A stretch of DNA of 60,673 nt, the filler included, from Sphacelaria rigidula (lineage: Eukaryota), in NCBI GenBank assembly GCA_964200075.2. It is 9 parts of 9 records of this genome, joined end to end, with 100 filler letters (N's around TTAATTAATTAA, not from the genome) between each part and the next. Parts side by side here need not be neighbours in the genome. Positions count along the whole stretch, not along the records: positions 20,260 to 26,912 come from CAXNAA020018816.1; positions 27,013 to 33,665 come from CAXNAA020018817.1; positions 33,766 to 40,417 come from CAXNAA020018818.1; 6 more parts are not named here. One strand, 5' to 3'. This document shows, piece after piece, positions 26,485 to 39,819 of this stretch; position 1 is the stretch's first letter; each line of letters begins with the position of its first letter. The notes under the pieces were generated by a model. It was not told the origin of the DNA and did no database searches. It worked only from the letters and a program-made list of their open reading frames with translations. The position numbers were made by a program, and so were the translations under genes.

Positions 26485-26796
26485 GCCACGCCTCGGTGGT
26501 GTAATGGTCAGGCTGTCGCATCAGGGTGGAGAAAGCGTGGGTTCGATTCCTGATGTGTTGCGTTTTTTGTTTGAAGTTCCTGGCTTCCACCGTCGAAAGC
26601 GTGAGTACGTGAGCAAACAAAGCGCGATAGGCTAAATTTGTCACGCGATTTGACGCGGTGCGGGAGTGCTGACCCAATCCGCGAGACCAACAAGCAAGGC
26701 GTGTGTGCTGTACCGAGGGAGAGATGAGTTGATCCATTGAGACTACGGACTCGTCCCGAGGAAGGGGAGGGTTTCAAGGTGTGAAAAAAAAAAAAA
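26485..26796 (+). mobile_element. tRNA-derived SINE family 2, full length
   Basis: A box TGGTGTAATGG (26497-26507), B box GGTTCGATTCC (26540-26550), A13 tail; homologues at 47298-47584 (-), 52766-52862 (+) and 57897-58010 (-). Confidence 0.85.
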
Positions 26797-26912
26797 GGTA
26801 CGCCGCCAGTACCGGTAGAACTGCCAGTTTGTAGTGGTCCAGTACCCAGCCCGAGTTACTCTGCTTTGTGCATCGCTGTTCGCCTCGTCTTCCTGGCGTG
26901 CTTTTTTCATCT

Positions 26913-27012
26913 NNNNNNNNNNNNNNNNNNNNNNNNNNNNNNNNNNNNNNNNNNNNTTAATTAATTAANNNNNNNNNNNNNNNNNNNNNNNNNNNNNNNN
27001 NNNNNNNNNNNN
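26913..27012. other. Artificial contig spacer
   Basis: 44 N + TTAATTAATTAA + 44 N. Confidence 0.99.
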
Positions 27013-28526
27013 GTAATGTACCACTCGCTGTCTGCTTGTCTGCTTCCAGCTTCGTTTCGCTGCTGCTGTTTTATCCGTCCCGGCGTACACTTCATGTGTG
27101 ACTCGAGTCTGCGAGCCAATCATGAGCATTCTTCACTACATAATTCAATACGGAGGTCGCACTTCATTGGCACTAGATTTCGCCGATTCCTCACTGAAGG
27201 GCCTTTGATTGGTTGATTTTCACACATCACTACAAAAATCTATCCCCGTGTATGGGCGTTGTGCCCACAAATATTTTCCGAGGTCAGAATTGTTAGGAGC
27301 CCTTTATCTCATCCAAGACACGACTTATGAAAATATGTGAGAGTACGCCAGGATTACTATTCCAATGTGCTGGGGATATCCCGATTGAATTTGCGAACGG
27401 GGATGTCCTGATCCATGTTCTTGTGCATCTAGAATTGTTAGGAGCCCCCGGACCAGGCAAGATTTCGCGCAAGAAGCGCACCCCTACCGTAGCATTGCTC
27501 CAGGTGAAAAAACAGTATCTAAGGGAAGCATGTGCTACGTACACGTGCCGGGGGTGCGCGCACCTGGGGTGCATGCACCGCTGAAGACAGAGCCCAAGAA
27601 TTGGTTTACTCGTACGGTACGAATCATTTACACTGATAAAAGCAAGTAATTTTCCAGAAGATTCGTGTACACATCCCTACCCTTGAATAAATACTGAGAT
27701 GTGACACAAACATTACAAGAAACTATATGTGTTGGCATACTCAAGTATGACGCACGTATGGCAACAATATGGGGGATACATTACATAAATACGGCCTGTG
27801 AGTAGAGCAAGTAAATGCAGAACTTATGAGCAATCTTCATCTGAACTTGGAACACAAGAAACTGTTCGATGCTTGAAAAAAAGATTTTCTCGTTACCGGC
27901 TTGTTGTATGGACGCACTCGACTATTGTGACATATGACATTTTCGTGGGATGTATGACACTTTTTCGCGATATATGTGTATGACAGTTTCATCTTGTCAC
28001 GTGAATATCTCGAAAACAAAGGCGACCATATGAACACGGCAATTTTGTCATATGTGGCCCCATCTATTTTTTTAACGACAGAAATATTCCAGTTTTGTGC
28101 AACACAAATGGCAACTTTCATCTTGCCATATGGCATGAACAAGTATCTCGAGGAAAAAGAAGCGAATGTATGAATACACGACACTTTGCCATATGGTCCT
28201 TCTCGATTTTTCTCATGAGAAATATGCACACGTTGGACAGATCATGATGTGTCTGAAACAACTAATCAAAGAAGACTTTCGAGTCCATTGGTCCAAAAAC
28301 ACAAAAGATCAGACCGCGGATTCAGAAAAGCCAGAGCGCAACTTTTGCACTACTCGGCGTGCTCAGCGCCCAGCACTGTAAGGAGCAAACATGGAAAAAG
28401 GCGGCCAGACGATCCGGATCATGATCCGAATCAGTATACTGAGGAGAAGTCATTTTCCGACGGATCATGATATGTCTGACGTGTGCAAATGTGACAGCTT
28501 TGCGCGATATACATGACAGTTTTGCG

Positions 28527-28528
<2 letters not shown>

Positions 28529-28566
<38 letters not shown>
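28529..28566. repeat. (AT)n microsatellite within a catatgacagttt motif-array repeat (about 27920-28700)
   Basis: Direct reading. Confidence 0.9.
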
Positions 28567-28572
<6 letters not shown>

Positions 28573-29546
28573 GTGACAGTTTGGCGCCATACATATGACA
28601 GTTTCGTCCTGTCGTATGATATGAACAAACATCTCGAAAAAGAAAGGCTAACATATTGCATGAAAATATGGCACTTTCGTCGGATGATTCTTTCCGGGGT
28701 AAACACTCCAGAATATTTGTGCTCCAACCTTAGCGCTCGAAAAGCGGTACCCTGTGCGATTGACCGCATGTTCCAGGACAAATAGTACACCCTTGGGGAC
28801 TCGGTGGTCAATAGTTAGTTGCAACAGGCAACACTTTGCACAGAACACGTTTCTTGTATTGCAACCATGGACTACCTAGTGTCACTGAAACCAGCAAATC
28901 AAATCGATTGTTACACATGGGACATTCTCTGATCCACCACGAATGAATTAATTCGTGGTCATCAGATAGAACATGGACAGACGTACGTACCCAAAAAGGC
29001 GAAGAAAAAAAAAGAGAAGGAAAAACAAACGACGAAACAAGAACAAAAAGCATGACAAACGTACGCAATAAAAGCACATGCATCATCCGAACGATATATC
29101 TATACAGTACATCTAAAAAATACCTGAGCAACAAGAGCCTTGTCCGCGTCGAGGAATTTGGGGTCCACGGAATTGTCTGCCCCCTCGTCGCCGACTCTGT
29201 GCGTGCATGATGCAACACATACAGGCAACGAAACAGCCAAAAGGAAGCAAACCAACACATCATCGAACAAAAAACGGCAGAGGCGTGGCATTAGATTTTA
29301 TTTTATTTTATTTTATTGATGTGCTTGATTTGATTGGTTGAAGATTAATTGTTGCACACAAACTGGTATCTGAGGGACCCAGTCGTGGTCATTCTCCACA
29401 GGACAGACGTACCCGAAGGAAAACAGAATCGGAATGACGGCAAAAATAAATCCGAACATGACAGCGAGAAAATCATATAAAAAAACAAAAAAAATACTGA
29501 ACCAACCCATGACAGATCGGACGATGAAATACCCCCCCCCTCCCCT

Positions 29547-29862
29547 CGAAGTTGGCGAAGAAGTTGGAAGCAGTACAGATGTACAGAAGCGAGAAAATAC
29601 TTGGATGCTCGAAAACGGCGAGTACTACAGCATTGAGAGCATAATTGGGAATGTACTCACTCGAAGCAAACAGTGACATGAGGAAATTGAGGTGGCAATA
29701 TAACGTACGTAAAGAACGTGCAGAGAAGGAGATTGCCAGCTATAGTTGATGGCGCTGTATGGAAGAAAGTAACGACAGCGCAGGCTGGAATAAGGTGGGA
29801 TGGAGAAGTCGAGAAAATATGGAAGGAGATGGAAAGAAACCAAGACGGAATGATGTCCATAC
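29547..29862 (+). mobile_element. Decayed LINE ORF2 C-terminal fragment
   Basis: KLAKKLEAVQM..KILGCSKTASTTALRA*LGMYSL..RKLRWQYNVR, then RRLPAIVDGAVWKKVT..AGIRWDGEVEKIWKEM. Confidence 0.8.
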
Positions 29863-30326
29863 GTCAACACTTCCAAAACAGAAACCATATCTTGCCCAAG
29901 AAAACGTCAATCGTAAATCGTCACTTCTTCATCGACGGTTCCGAAAGGGTTAATAGCCAGGAAAGGCATCGAATAACTCTCACCATCACCTCCACCACTA
30001 CGCAACACTCCACGGTTAGGACGAATCATCATGGGTTCGAATCACCAAATCCACGATTTCTTCGACCTGATAGCCCAAAAGGGAGGGTAAAAGTTGACCG
30101 CTGGTGTAAGGGGGTATCCACGCAACTTTTGCGCCATTCCACGTGTCTCGGCTACGTGTACCTGGGTTGCAGCGCTGAAAACAAAGCCTAGGGATTGATT
30201 CGTACGATTCGAATCAATGACACTGAAACCAAGTAATTCCCAGACGATTCACTGATTTGTCCGACCCTTGCAATACTTCCACCAACATCCGTCACCGAAC
30301 AATCAAAAGTCGAGAGCAACACTCAC

Positions 30327-30549
30327 GAGACGATAGTGTTCCGTTTGTGCGATAAACGTTTGGCTCTCAGCTCCAGCAGCTTATCCTGCGAGATGCCCCC
30401 GATACCGCTCCCTTCCCCTCGCGCCCTGTTCGCGAGAATCGGGTCCGGTCCGCTTAAAAGACCCGCTCGACTCCCGCCCACCCCACCCCGATTCTCCAGT
30501 CTCTGCGCGTGAGCCTTCTTAGCCTCGCGCATCTCGATCTCCGTCATGC
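30327..30549 (-). CDS. CDC73: Internal exon, probable parafibromin/Cdc73 (PAF1 complex)
   Basis: ccag|gc ATG...tc|gtgagt, 223 bp open; ISQDKLLELRAKRLSHKRNTI resembles the parafibromin segment MSVEKIAAIKAKRLAxKRTTI (recalled, not searched). Confidence 0.55.
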
Positions 30550-31129
30550 CTGGAGCAGCCGTGGGGAATAATACATATTAGAGGGACAGCGTTTTAATCC
30601 AGGTCATGCGAGATGATAATTTGAACAAATCGACTAAATAAAAATAAAAATTGAATCAGTGCACCAAATCACCCAGCGATATGAGAGTGACCAACACGCA
30701 AAAGGATCGATATCCATCAGTTTTCCATGTCTATGAAAAAAAGAAAAACAAGGAAAAAAAAGCATGAAACGGCAAATCAACCCACACACTCGATAATACG
30801 CCAATATGACGAACCTTGAGTATGATCGGAGTGAGAGCGCTTGTTGGACCGTTCGGAGGAAGGCGCCGCGTGCTTGTCGATCTGCCGTTCACAAGAATCA
30901 CGCACATACACGAACACGAAGACACATAAGCAATCCAAACAAAAAAAGGGACCACAAGCATTTCAAAGCATCACAATGAAATGAACAAACAGAAACGGCG
31001 CGCATGATCTAAAAAAAAACATAAACTTCCGCAAGCACATATCGATACAGCAGTCCATCCTACAGAAAAACGAGTGAATCTCTCGTCGGGTATACGACAG
31101 GTAGCAAGCTCTTGGTTAAGAGAAATAAC

Positions 31130-32449
31130 CAGGAAGGGATACGTGACACGTGAACGTGAACGTGACGTGAATCACGTTCGCCAAATTTAACGTGACGTGA
31201 CACGTGACGCGTGTCACGTTCGGGTGATGTAACGTGACGTGAACGTGCCATCTGGAATTTTAACGTGACGTGAACGTGACGTGAATCACGTTGAAAAAAT
31301 GTAACGTGACGTTTCGTCACATGTCACGTAATATGTCACGTAATATGTAACGTGACATTGACACGTGTCACGTTCGAATTTAACGTTTCATTCTATGCAT
31401 ATCGCGGCTCACACCAGGGTTGGAGGTGTTTTGACGTGTCGTGTAACGCGTGAAGTCACCGTGTGCGTGGCACTGACGGTCGCCTATCGTATGTTTGATC
31501 GTAGGCGCATTATTTGAGTGTATAGCGCTTCTTTCTCTACAGTGTATCATGCATTCGTCCTTGACCGGATAAGTTTCCCTGTCTTTTCACTGTCTCAGTT
31601 CAAGTTTTCAAGATTCGAATGCTTGGTCATTCGCACGACAGCACATACTGTACATACAGTAGTTCGCGAACGAGATTGAACGCCGGCTCGAGTCTTCCTG
31701 GCATTTCCCAGACAGAACGACGTCGGTACCCTTGGTTCTACACGTGTATGATAGGTTTACACCGCCAGGCTATCTACACATTTCTCTGGCTTGACAAGCT
31801 TTTGTTTCACTGTACAGAGACTGATGGATTTTCCACTTTTCCATCAGATCAAACCGCCACGAAACCAGCCGTTGCGGTAGAATCTGCAGCTGAAGGCACC
31901 GGCCGAGACTAACTGGAGGCTGCGGCACCCCCTGGCTGTTGACCCGCCGAATTCCCCCTTGAATCCATCTCGTGTCCACGTGCACGTGAACGTGATGTGA
32001 ACGAGTATGTTACACCTGGTCCCTTGATATCTTGATATGAATATGGTCGAGATGATTATGATGTTGTGGTGCTGTGCTGCGATGATGACTTGTAATGTCG
32101 GCTGTGGGGCAGAGCGGCAGAGCGCGAACTTGCCGCCAGAGTATGTTCTATACCGTGGTCATTCAGACTCACACATGTATCTTAAAGCACAATCTTCAAT
32201 CTCCTAGGATTTCAAATTTCATCGCAGAGTTGAAGTGTTCACCGCTTCATGTAACGTGTGTATGACGTATTATGTAACGTGTAACGTTATATGTGACGTT
32301 CATCTCACGTGACATTTCACGTGATATGAACGTTTGGGCAATTGAACGTGACGTGAACGTGACGTTCATCACGTTGAGAAAAATTAACGTGAACGTGACT
32401 TGACGCCCAAAACGTCACGTCCACGTCACGTGTCACGTATCCCTCCCTG
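31130..32449. mobile_element. Non-autonomous TIR element with ACGTG/TGACGT subterminal arrays, possibly hAT-derived
   Basis: TIR CAGG(A/G)AGGGATACGTGACACGTGA at both ends; weak hAT-dimerisation-like relic ELAARVCSIP..STIFNLLG from 32126; no clean 8-bp TSD. Confidence 0.75.
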
Positions 32450-32836
32450 ATAATTTCAGGCGTGTGCCGTGCGGAGAGATAGGCTGATCCCTTTTGACTA
32501 CGGGTTCGCTCGAGGAACTATGATGGAGGGGTTGGAATTACGCAGATGAAGGAGAAAAACACGGCGTTTTCGCACACATGCGCGCGCGCGCGTACACACA
32601 CACACGCACGCACACGTCAACATGAATTCCTCCCTTTCTCGAGTTCTTGAGCGAGTGTTTTCATTTTGTTCACCTTGGGATCTTGTGGATCATGACTCCA
32701 CGGGGATCAATTAAAGTACGACAGTCAAATCAAAATAACGCACATATTTGCACTACCAATGATTCGAAACGACTGCTCTGGCCCGTGATGAGCATCACTG
32801 GCGCTTCTGCATGTCTTCGTGTTGTTTTTTGCGAAC

Positions 32837-32845
32837 GCGCGCGCG

Positions 32846-32915
<70 letters not shown>

Positions 32916-32934
32916 CACACACGCACGCACGCGC
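32837..32934. repeat. (CG)n/(CA)n microsatellite
   Basis: Direct reading. Confidence 0.95.
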
Positions 32935-32936
32935 AG

Positions 32937-33187
32937 GGTACCCTGCTAGATCACGCAACGCAATGGTACAGGAAAGCAGAACAGCCCTTGAGGACAGCAG
33001 CAGCAGCGGGTGTCCATATCGTGCAGTACTTCGAGGATTGTCTGGCTGAAGTGGAGGCTGCCCGAGCCAGGGTCAATCGCGCGGTCGAAGGGAGAGGTCG
33101 CGAAGCTTTTGGTGGCAGCGGCGATTTTGACGGGAAGGGTGCGAGTAATGCTCTGGTTCTGGCTAGGGCTGCACTGCGTGCTGCGCG
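32937..33187 (+). CDS. Putative exon of unknown protein
   Basis: cag|GTLLDHATQWYRKAEQPLRTAAAAGVHIVQYFEDCLAEVEAARARVNRAVEG...ARAALRAA(R)|gtgaga; GC-rich open frame; alternative acceptor at 32949. Confidence 0.45.
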
Positions 33188-33665
33188 GTGAGACCTGTCT
33201 CCTTGGTCGCCAGACCTCTCTTCGGAACATTTTCACCGTTAGATATTCATTTAGCGCCGGTCGTAGCCCGATACTACAGATACACAGCGCTCGGTATTTG
33301 TGAGCACCATCCAGGACGGTGCCATTCAGTGTGTGTTACATCGTCCTGACCCACCTAATCACGTAATTTGTGCGCTCAAAGCAAATGTTCTGTACCTATT
33401 TTTCGGTGGTCCACCCGGCGTCCGTTTGACGCGGTTAGGGGCGCCCATGGGGTGATGATGGCGCGATCTTGATGGCGCTCATGGTGGTGGGGGTGAAATG
33501 TGTTTGTCGTATAGTGCACTCGACCGGAACACGGGAGGGCGCTTCTGTTGACACTTTCTACGATAGCCCCCCCCCCCCCCCCCCCCCCCACCGGCGGGCG
33601 CGCCGCCGGCGCTGGAGGGGGGGGCGCCCGGGGGGGTTGGCGGGGCGGTGGGTGGGCGCTGTAAA

Positions 33666-33765
33666 NNNNNNNNNNNNNNNNNNNNNNNNNNNNNNNNNNN
33701 NNNNNNNNNTTAATTAATTAANNNNNNNNNNNNNNNNNNNNNNNNNNNNNNNNNNNNNNNNNNNN
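33666..33765. other. Artificial contig spacer
   Basis: 44 N + TTAATTAATTAA + 44 N. Confidence 0.99.
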
Positions 33766-33936
33766 CCGTCCCGGCTTTTTTGGGGTGGTCGTGCCGGGGG
33801 TGGATGCCTAAAGCCAGCAAGATCCTGAGTTCATGAGGCCCCCCCCCCCCCCCCACCCCCGCGCGCGCCCCAATGATATACACCTACAGTGCATTTCGTG
33901 CCCCCCGACCCCTGATTCACGTGCTATAATTCCATA

Positions 33937-35013
33937 CTCTGGACAATGGACACAATAATACTTCATTGCTTCAGTAACAAACAAGGGGGAAAACCTATCG
34001 ATATATACTATCGAACACGATATGTGGTGAAGCACATCTATTGATATGTATTGCAAGGGACAATAGACGTTGCAATAGTCGATCGATAGTCTATGACAGC
34101 TACAGTAGATGAAGATCACTCGCCATCGATGGAGATCGTGTACCGCAATAGATTCTGGAATGTATATATCGATAGCCATTGCCGTAATCAATAGGTGTGG
34201 TGAACCACCCATCGATAGTCAATGCTGTTATCAAAAGATTTGGTGAGCCATCCATCTATAGTTATTGCCGTCATCAATAGAGTAGGTGAGCCATCTACCA
34301 ATATCAATCACGGTCATGAGAGATTTGGCGAGCCGTTTATCGGTTACGTCTGCCAACAATGCATTTTTGGGTACCTACCAATACGGTCATTGCCGTCAAC
34401 AATCGATTGTTCTCGGGAGCACCCATGAAAAACCGGTGACGCCAACGATAGGTTTTTATGAATATATTGCTCACTGCAGTGGCCTCATGACATCAACGGC
34501 AATGCCCCTCACACATGAACACGCCACTACCTGAGGCGATATGTGGCCATAGCTTCTGTGACATGTAAGGTGTAAACATCCACCGAAAAATGTGCATAAT
34601 AGCTAGTGACCGACGTCATTTAGCTACTTTTATGGTCAGCAATAGATATTGGTGGCCTCGATCCAGATTGCGTTGTGGCCAGCGATAGACGTCGTTGGCC
34701 GCGATTCAGATGATATTGTGACCCTCAATAAACAGAGGGTGGCGCAATTTAGATCCTTTTGTGACTAATAATATGTATTGGTGGCCGCAATTCAGAGTCT
34801 ACTGCAACAAACAAAATGTATCGATAGACAACGTGGCCCCTCCATCGTCACGGCCATGATGCACTCTGCCCCTTGTCCCGAATCTATTGTCGCCTAGAAT
34901 CGGTATCGATAAACATTGATGCCAGCCGAGTATGACTGACGATGAACATTGATAGCCAATTTTTTGGGGCTATTGCAGCACCAATGTTCTATTACATAGT
35001 CTATTGTCCAGGG
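33937..35013. mobile_element. TA-flanked TIR element with atcgatag/caatag motif arrays
   Basis: TA|CTCTGGACAATGGAC...GTCTATTGTCCAGGG|TA; related motif sequence continues at 35300-35715. Confidence 0.65.
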
Positions 35014-35837
35014 TATAAGCACATCTTACCGACACATACAAAGTACTGTAAGCGCTTATGTGCATCAGAGGGACAACCACAAGTACCAACACCACACCAA
35101 CAACAAAACTTGTAAACTTTTGTCAACACATATTGCGAATTCCTAAAAATACAAGCGTTCCGAAGTTTTGGAAACGTGAGGTCATATATTCACAACAAGA
35201 AGTATCATGATATACCCACTGCACGTCCACCTGCGGCTTCTCTACCGTACCTTAACGGAGTATAATATGCTCTATACGTAGTATGTTGCGATGTAGGTGT
35301 GGCAATAGATGACAGAGAATATCGGTAAGCACTGTAGACTACACTAGATTCTGGTATGCATCTATCGATATCCATTGCCGCCATGCATCGATCTTGTACG
35401 TAATCTATCAAGAACGATTGCCGTCATCAATAGATTTGGTGCAATCTGTCAATAGCCATCATCATCAATATATTTGGCACGCGGTCTATCAATAGCCATT
35501 GCCACCATGCATAGATATTGAAAACTATAGATCGATACATTTGGTTGGCCCACAACAGACTGCTGCCCTGACAAAAGTTTGAAACGGGTCTATCGATAGA
35601 CATTGCCGACGAGAGAAAGACAAACTTGCCGATCGATGGCCATCACGGACAACGATATTGGCATCTACTGCAGCAGATTCTATTGCTATTGCAATAGATG
35701 CCGTCTATTGTCGAGGGTGTGTATAATTCAACCAGAGCTCAGTTGTCCTCAAATATCCTCAGTGGTCAATCCAGGCGTCTATCTGAGGGATATCAATACC
35801 GAAGGGGTTCAATAATCCATTCATTGACGACGTCCAG

Positions 35838-36030
35838 GTGCCGGATGTCTACTGGAATCTTACATCGGAGCGTGTGGTAACTATGGAATACGTCCCGGGG
35901 ATTAAGATCAACAACATCGCGGAGATCGAGAAGCGTGGCATCGACCGCAGTGTGCTGGCCAAGCGCTCGGCTGAGGCGTACTTGACCCAGCTGTGCAGGC
36001 ATGGCTTTTTCCACTGCGATCCTCACCCAG
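35838..36030 (+). CDS. Internal exon of ABC1/UbiB-family atypical kinase (ABC1K7/ABC1K8-like)
   Basis: ccag|VPDVYWNLTSERVVTMEYVPGIKINNIAEIEKRGIDRSVLAKRSAEAYLTQLCRHGFFHCDPHP(G)|gtaatt; hallmark HGFFHxDPHPG. Confidence 0.96.
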
Positions 36031-36666
36031 GTAATTGATTGCTCTGTTACGAGTGATGCACGGCAGACTGCCTCTGGAGTTATGACCTCTTGCCTCTCTG
36101 CAGACAATAGAGTGCTCTGTCTCGTGAACTCCGACGGTGCGTTGAGTGACAGGGTTAGGAAAATGCACAGGGGTGAGAGGCGATGTGCGAAGGGTTAGCC
36201 TCGCATAACGTAAAGGCCCTACAAAAGATATGCGGTCGAAAATCACTTGTAATTTCCACTACACTAATATCAAGTAACTGCAGCCCGTCAGTGTAGGACG
36301 GGGGTCCCAGCATATAGTGCGGTCAGGTCAGGCCGTTAGGAAGGTACCACATCCTGGACAATACAATATGTAATATATATTACCCGCTCAATGTTTCGAC
36401 GCGTCGGGTCGTCAATATATATATATATATATATATTAGGTGAGCAATGTGATGGCACGAGAGACAGGTCAATATATATCGTGCCATCAATATGCGAAGG
36501 CTCACGACATGCAATATATATCGACCGAAGAATATATCACGACACGCGCCACCTCAAAATATATTGTCCGCGAAATATCTTGGTGCGGTAAGGCACCAAT
36601 TAATATTTGTCGAGTAATATATTGGCTGCCACCCGAGATCAATATATATATATCGACGATTCAATA

Positions 36667-36668
36667 TG

Positions 36669-36700
<32 letters not shown>

Positions 36701-36740
36701 GGTGGTGGTGGTGGTGGTGTAGGCGGTGGTGGTGTTGTTT
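36667..36740. repeat. (GTT)n(GGT)n microsatellite
   Basis: Direct reading. Confidence 0.95.
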
Positions 36741-37204
36741 TCGTTGTTACGCTGCTTCCTTTACTCTTTCCTTTCTGAGGCCGTTGCTTCTGTCTTTTCC
36801 TGTTTTCTTCCTTCTTTTTTTCTTTTTATTATTCTGTTGTTTTTTGCTGCTCCTGACCACAGGCTGGATTGTTGCAATCAGCTAATGTGAGATCATCAGT
36901 CAATCAATCCATCCATCAATCAATGAATATTCAACACTCGAAGCGTCAACACATTTTGCCGCCCCAAAATGTCGCGCGCCAATGCGTCCAATATATTGTG
37001 GGCGGACAATACACGAGGGAACCGACGGTCACAATACATATTGGTGTAGCAATATATTGATGAGGTAACATGTCAATTGGAAAGTGTACTGTGATTAGTA
37101 TGGTGGGCAGTTTAATGTTTGTGGGCGTCATTTCATCATCACATGCCGAAAACGCTCAATATATTACTCCACGAGAGTGTTCAATACATATTGGCTGCAT
37201 AATA

Positions 37205-38385
37205 AGAGCTGGGCCAATCAAAAAGCGAATTTATAGTTTGCAGACACATTAACCGGCCAATATTTAGAGTTGGACCCTGAAATTTGATATGGGCAATGAA
37301 TAGGGCATTAGAAAAACAAACACCAGTGCACAGAGTTTTTTTTTTAATGAGATAGGGCATTTTACTGATACCTGAAAACTGATTATTGCCCTTAACTCAT
37401 GATAAAAAACCCTTGTGTGCACTTGTATTTGTTTTTATTATGCCGTATTCATTGTCCATACTAAATTTCAGGGTCCAACTCTTAATATTGGCCGGTTAAT
37501 GGGCCGTTTAGTGACGGGGTCATAAGAAATTCGGAACAACATTTGCAGGCCACTTACCGGTCCACGTTTGGTGGTTGTGTATTGAAACTTTGAGTGGGCC
37601 GTGGCTAGGGCACAAGTAAGAAAACAAAGTGGGTCAGCCTGTTTTTTTTTTTAACTGGTTTAGGGCGTTTTAGTATGAAAACGACCATTTTTTTCGAGAA
37701 CGCCGGAACCTCTCCCAAAAAAAAAATGAGGACTCGTATTTTTTATTCAGCATACCTCTGTGGTTCTTTATCCTGAGTTTCAAATTACGACTACAATTCT
37801 AAAAATTGAGCGAAAAATTTGAGATGAGGCCCAAGAGCAGTGTTCATTTCTCCTCAAAATTGCCCTCAAAACCGGCAAAAAAAACGGAAAGAATGTAAAA
37901 GCTGGATATTTTAGCTTTATTATGCACCATCGGTTCTCCATACGAAATTTCATAGCATAACTCTCGAAAACTGAGACGCCATATCCAAATTTACTTCATC
38001 TAGTGCCTCTGCTCGTAATATATTGATCTTAGTATTGACACTTATGTTTGCCATATCTCGAGATAGATTACGAATTCGGTGAAAGTTACGGTATCTATCG
38101 TCTCCCCGTGCTCCAGGGAATGTCCGCACTAAAAATCGTCATCTTCTGAATGTATCGATCGGCGTTTCATATAGATTTTAGTGTGGACGCTATCTCCGTT
38201 AGGTATAGGAATTTCTAGACATGGGATTTAATCAACGAGAAAATATCGGCCCAGACTTTTGAGCAGATGGGCACCTTCCCCTCAATCAGACGATTCATAC
38301 GATGTGCGGATGATGGCCTAACTCGTTTGTGTCGATGAGATATTGCTTTTAGAGCTTGAGTGCGTTTTTAGGCTGGCCCAGCTCG
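37205..38385. mobile_element. Tc1/mariner-type non-autonomous element, family B, longer inverted copy
   Basis: TA|AGAGCTGGGCC...GGCCCAGCTCG|TA; reverse-complement homology to 7794-8569 plus about 400 bp extra; nested in a caatata-array element (about 36352-38765); another end at 40565-40641. Confidence 0.85.
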
Positions 38386-38999
38386 TAGCTATGCGATGAA
38401 CATGCGCAATAGATGTTGAAAAAACAATACTTTTGCATGGTTTTTGTTCAATACATATCATGGTAAAAATATGTTGCGCATTGCTTCCACTCAATCTGTA
38501 TTGACACTTCAATACATACACGGCCGGTGTACAATACATATATATATATATATATATTGGATGTTTTGTTCCCAGAGCAAATGCATGTCCAACATATATT
38601 GTCATGTATATCTTCACGATCATGACACGAGAAATATATATATATATATTGCTTCAATGTCTCCGAGGACATCTCAACACAATATATATATATTGAAAGG
38701 ACAATATTTGCGCTCTCCAATACAAAGTATTGGTATCATATTGGAACATAGTGTATAATTCAGGGTATAAGCAACACAGCACCGGTGACCAGAGGGGTAC
38801 CAAAAGGCGCATAGCGACCCGGGTTTTCTGTCGTCGTGATGTTTAGCCAAGATTTATTACATTCTGTGAAGGGGATGGCGGCCCCGCACCGGTGGCGACT
38901 TAGGTATCAAAAAGGCATACGTACCCGGTCGCCTCTTCTGTCACCAAAGTTTTTGGGCAATATATATATGATATATATATGATATATATATCTACATAT

Positions 39000-39819
39000 A
39001 CAAAACGCATTCGGCCACTCTCTGTAGTACTGCACGCGAACTTCTGCGGCTTTCTTTGAAGCTTTTCCCACTCTGCACGAGCTCCGGCGTCCATCGCGCC
39101 TGGATCTTTTTCAAAGCGTACACCGTACTTGGAATATCCAGGATATTTTGATCGGCCAACACATTGGCACCCACGTGGCCCCAGTATATGTTGACCGGTC
39201 AAAATGTTGGGTATAACACGTGCCAGCAAGGTCAAGCATGGCCTTGGCGATGCGCTGTTTGGCTCTTTGCGACGTGCGATCGGAGATTTGAAAGTCCGCC
39301 GTGTTGACGGTGCGCTTGATGGCTGCCCCCCCCCCCCCCCCCCTCTTTGTTGTCTGCGCCACGTGTGGCGCAACAGGGGGCGGCGGGGGTTTTTNNNNNN
39401 NNNNGAGATTTTAAATTCCGCCCTGTTGAGGGGGCGCTTGGTGGCGGCCCCCCCCCCCCCCCGATTTTTGGATTGGCCCGTACGAGTTGATCCACCAGGG
39501 GCTGTACGACTTTTGACGCCGTGCGCCCACCTCCAACACAGTTCACGTGCTCTTTTGCCGCCTCCGTTGTCTTGAAGACGCCACTGCTTTGCAGGCACCT
39601 CTTCACGAACCAACCCTTACAGGTCCTACAGACCAGGTGTATCTGGCGGCTGCCACCACTTTTCCCGTTTTTTATGGACCTTCCATCGGCAGTAAGCTCC
39701 GTCTTTGCCGCAGTTCTCGCAGCCTCTCGTGTCGGGTATGTCTGGCCAGCTTCTATACGCGATACACGCACGCCCAACCCTGCAGCAGCAGCTGCCGCCC
39801 CGCTGCTTGCGTCTTCCAT
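39000..39819 (-). mobile_element. Mutator/MuDR-like transposase N-terminal fragment
   Basis: IEAGQTYPTREAARTAA..GRSIKNGKSGGSRQIHLVCRTCKGWFV..GVFK..EHVNC (MuDR-type C-C-H-C DNA-binding domain), then AIKRTV..ISDRTSQRAKQRI; no DDE core seen. Confidence 0.7.

Noticed and set aside
26485..26560. tRNA gene (also 47061-47130 and 43795-43866)
   Set aside because: A and B boxes are present but I cannot form a proper cloverleaf, and a conserved non-tRNA body and tail recur in several copies; these are SINE heads.
31980..32015. RDVN motif suggesting TnpB/Fanzor RuvC-III
   Set aside because: It derives from the gtgaacgtga array; there is no zinc finger, RuvC-I or surrounding ORF.
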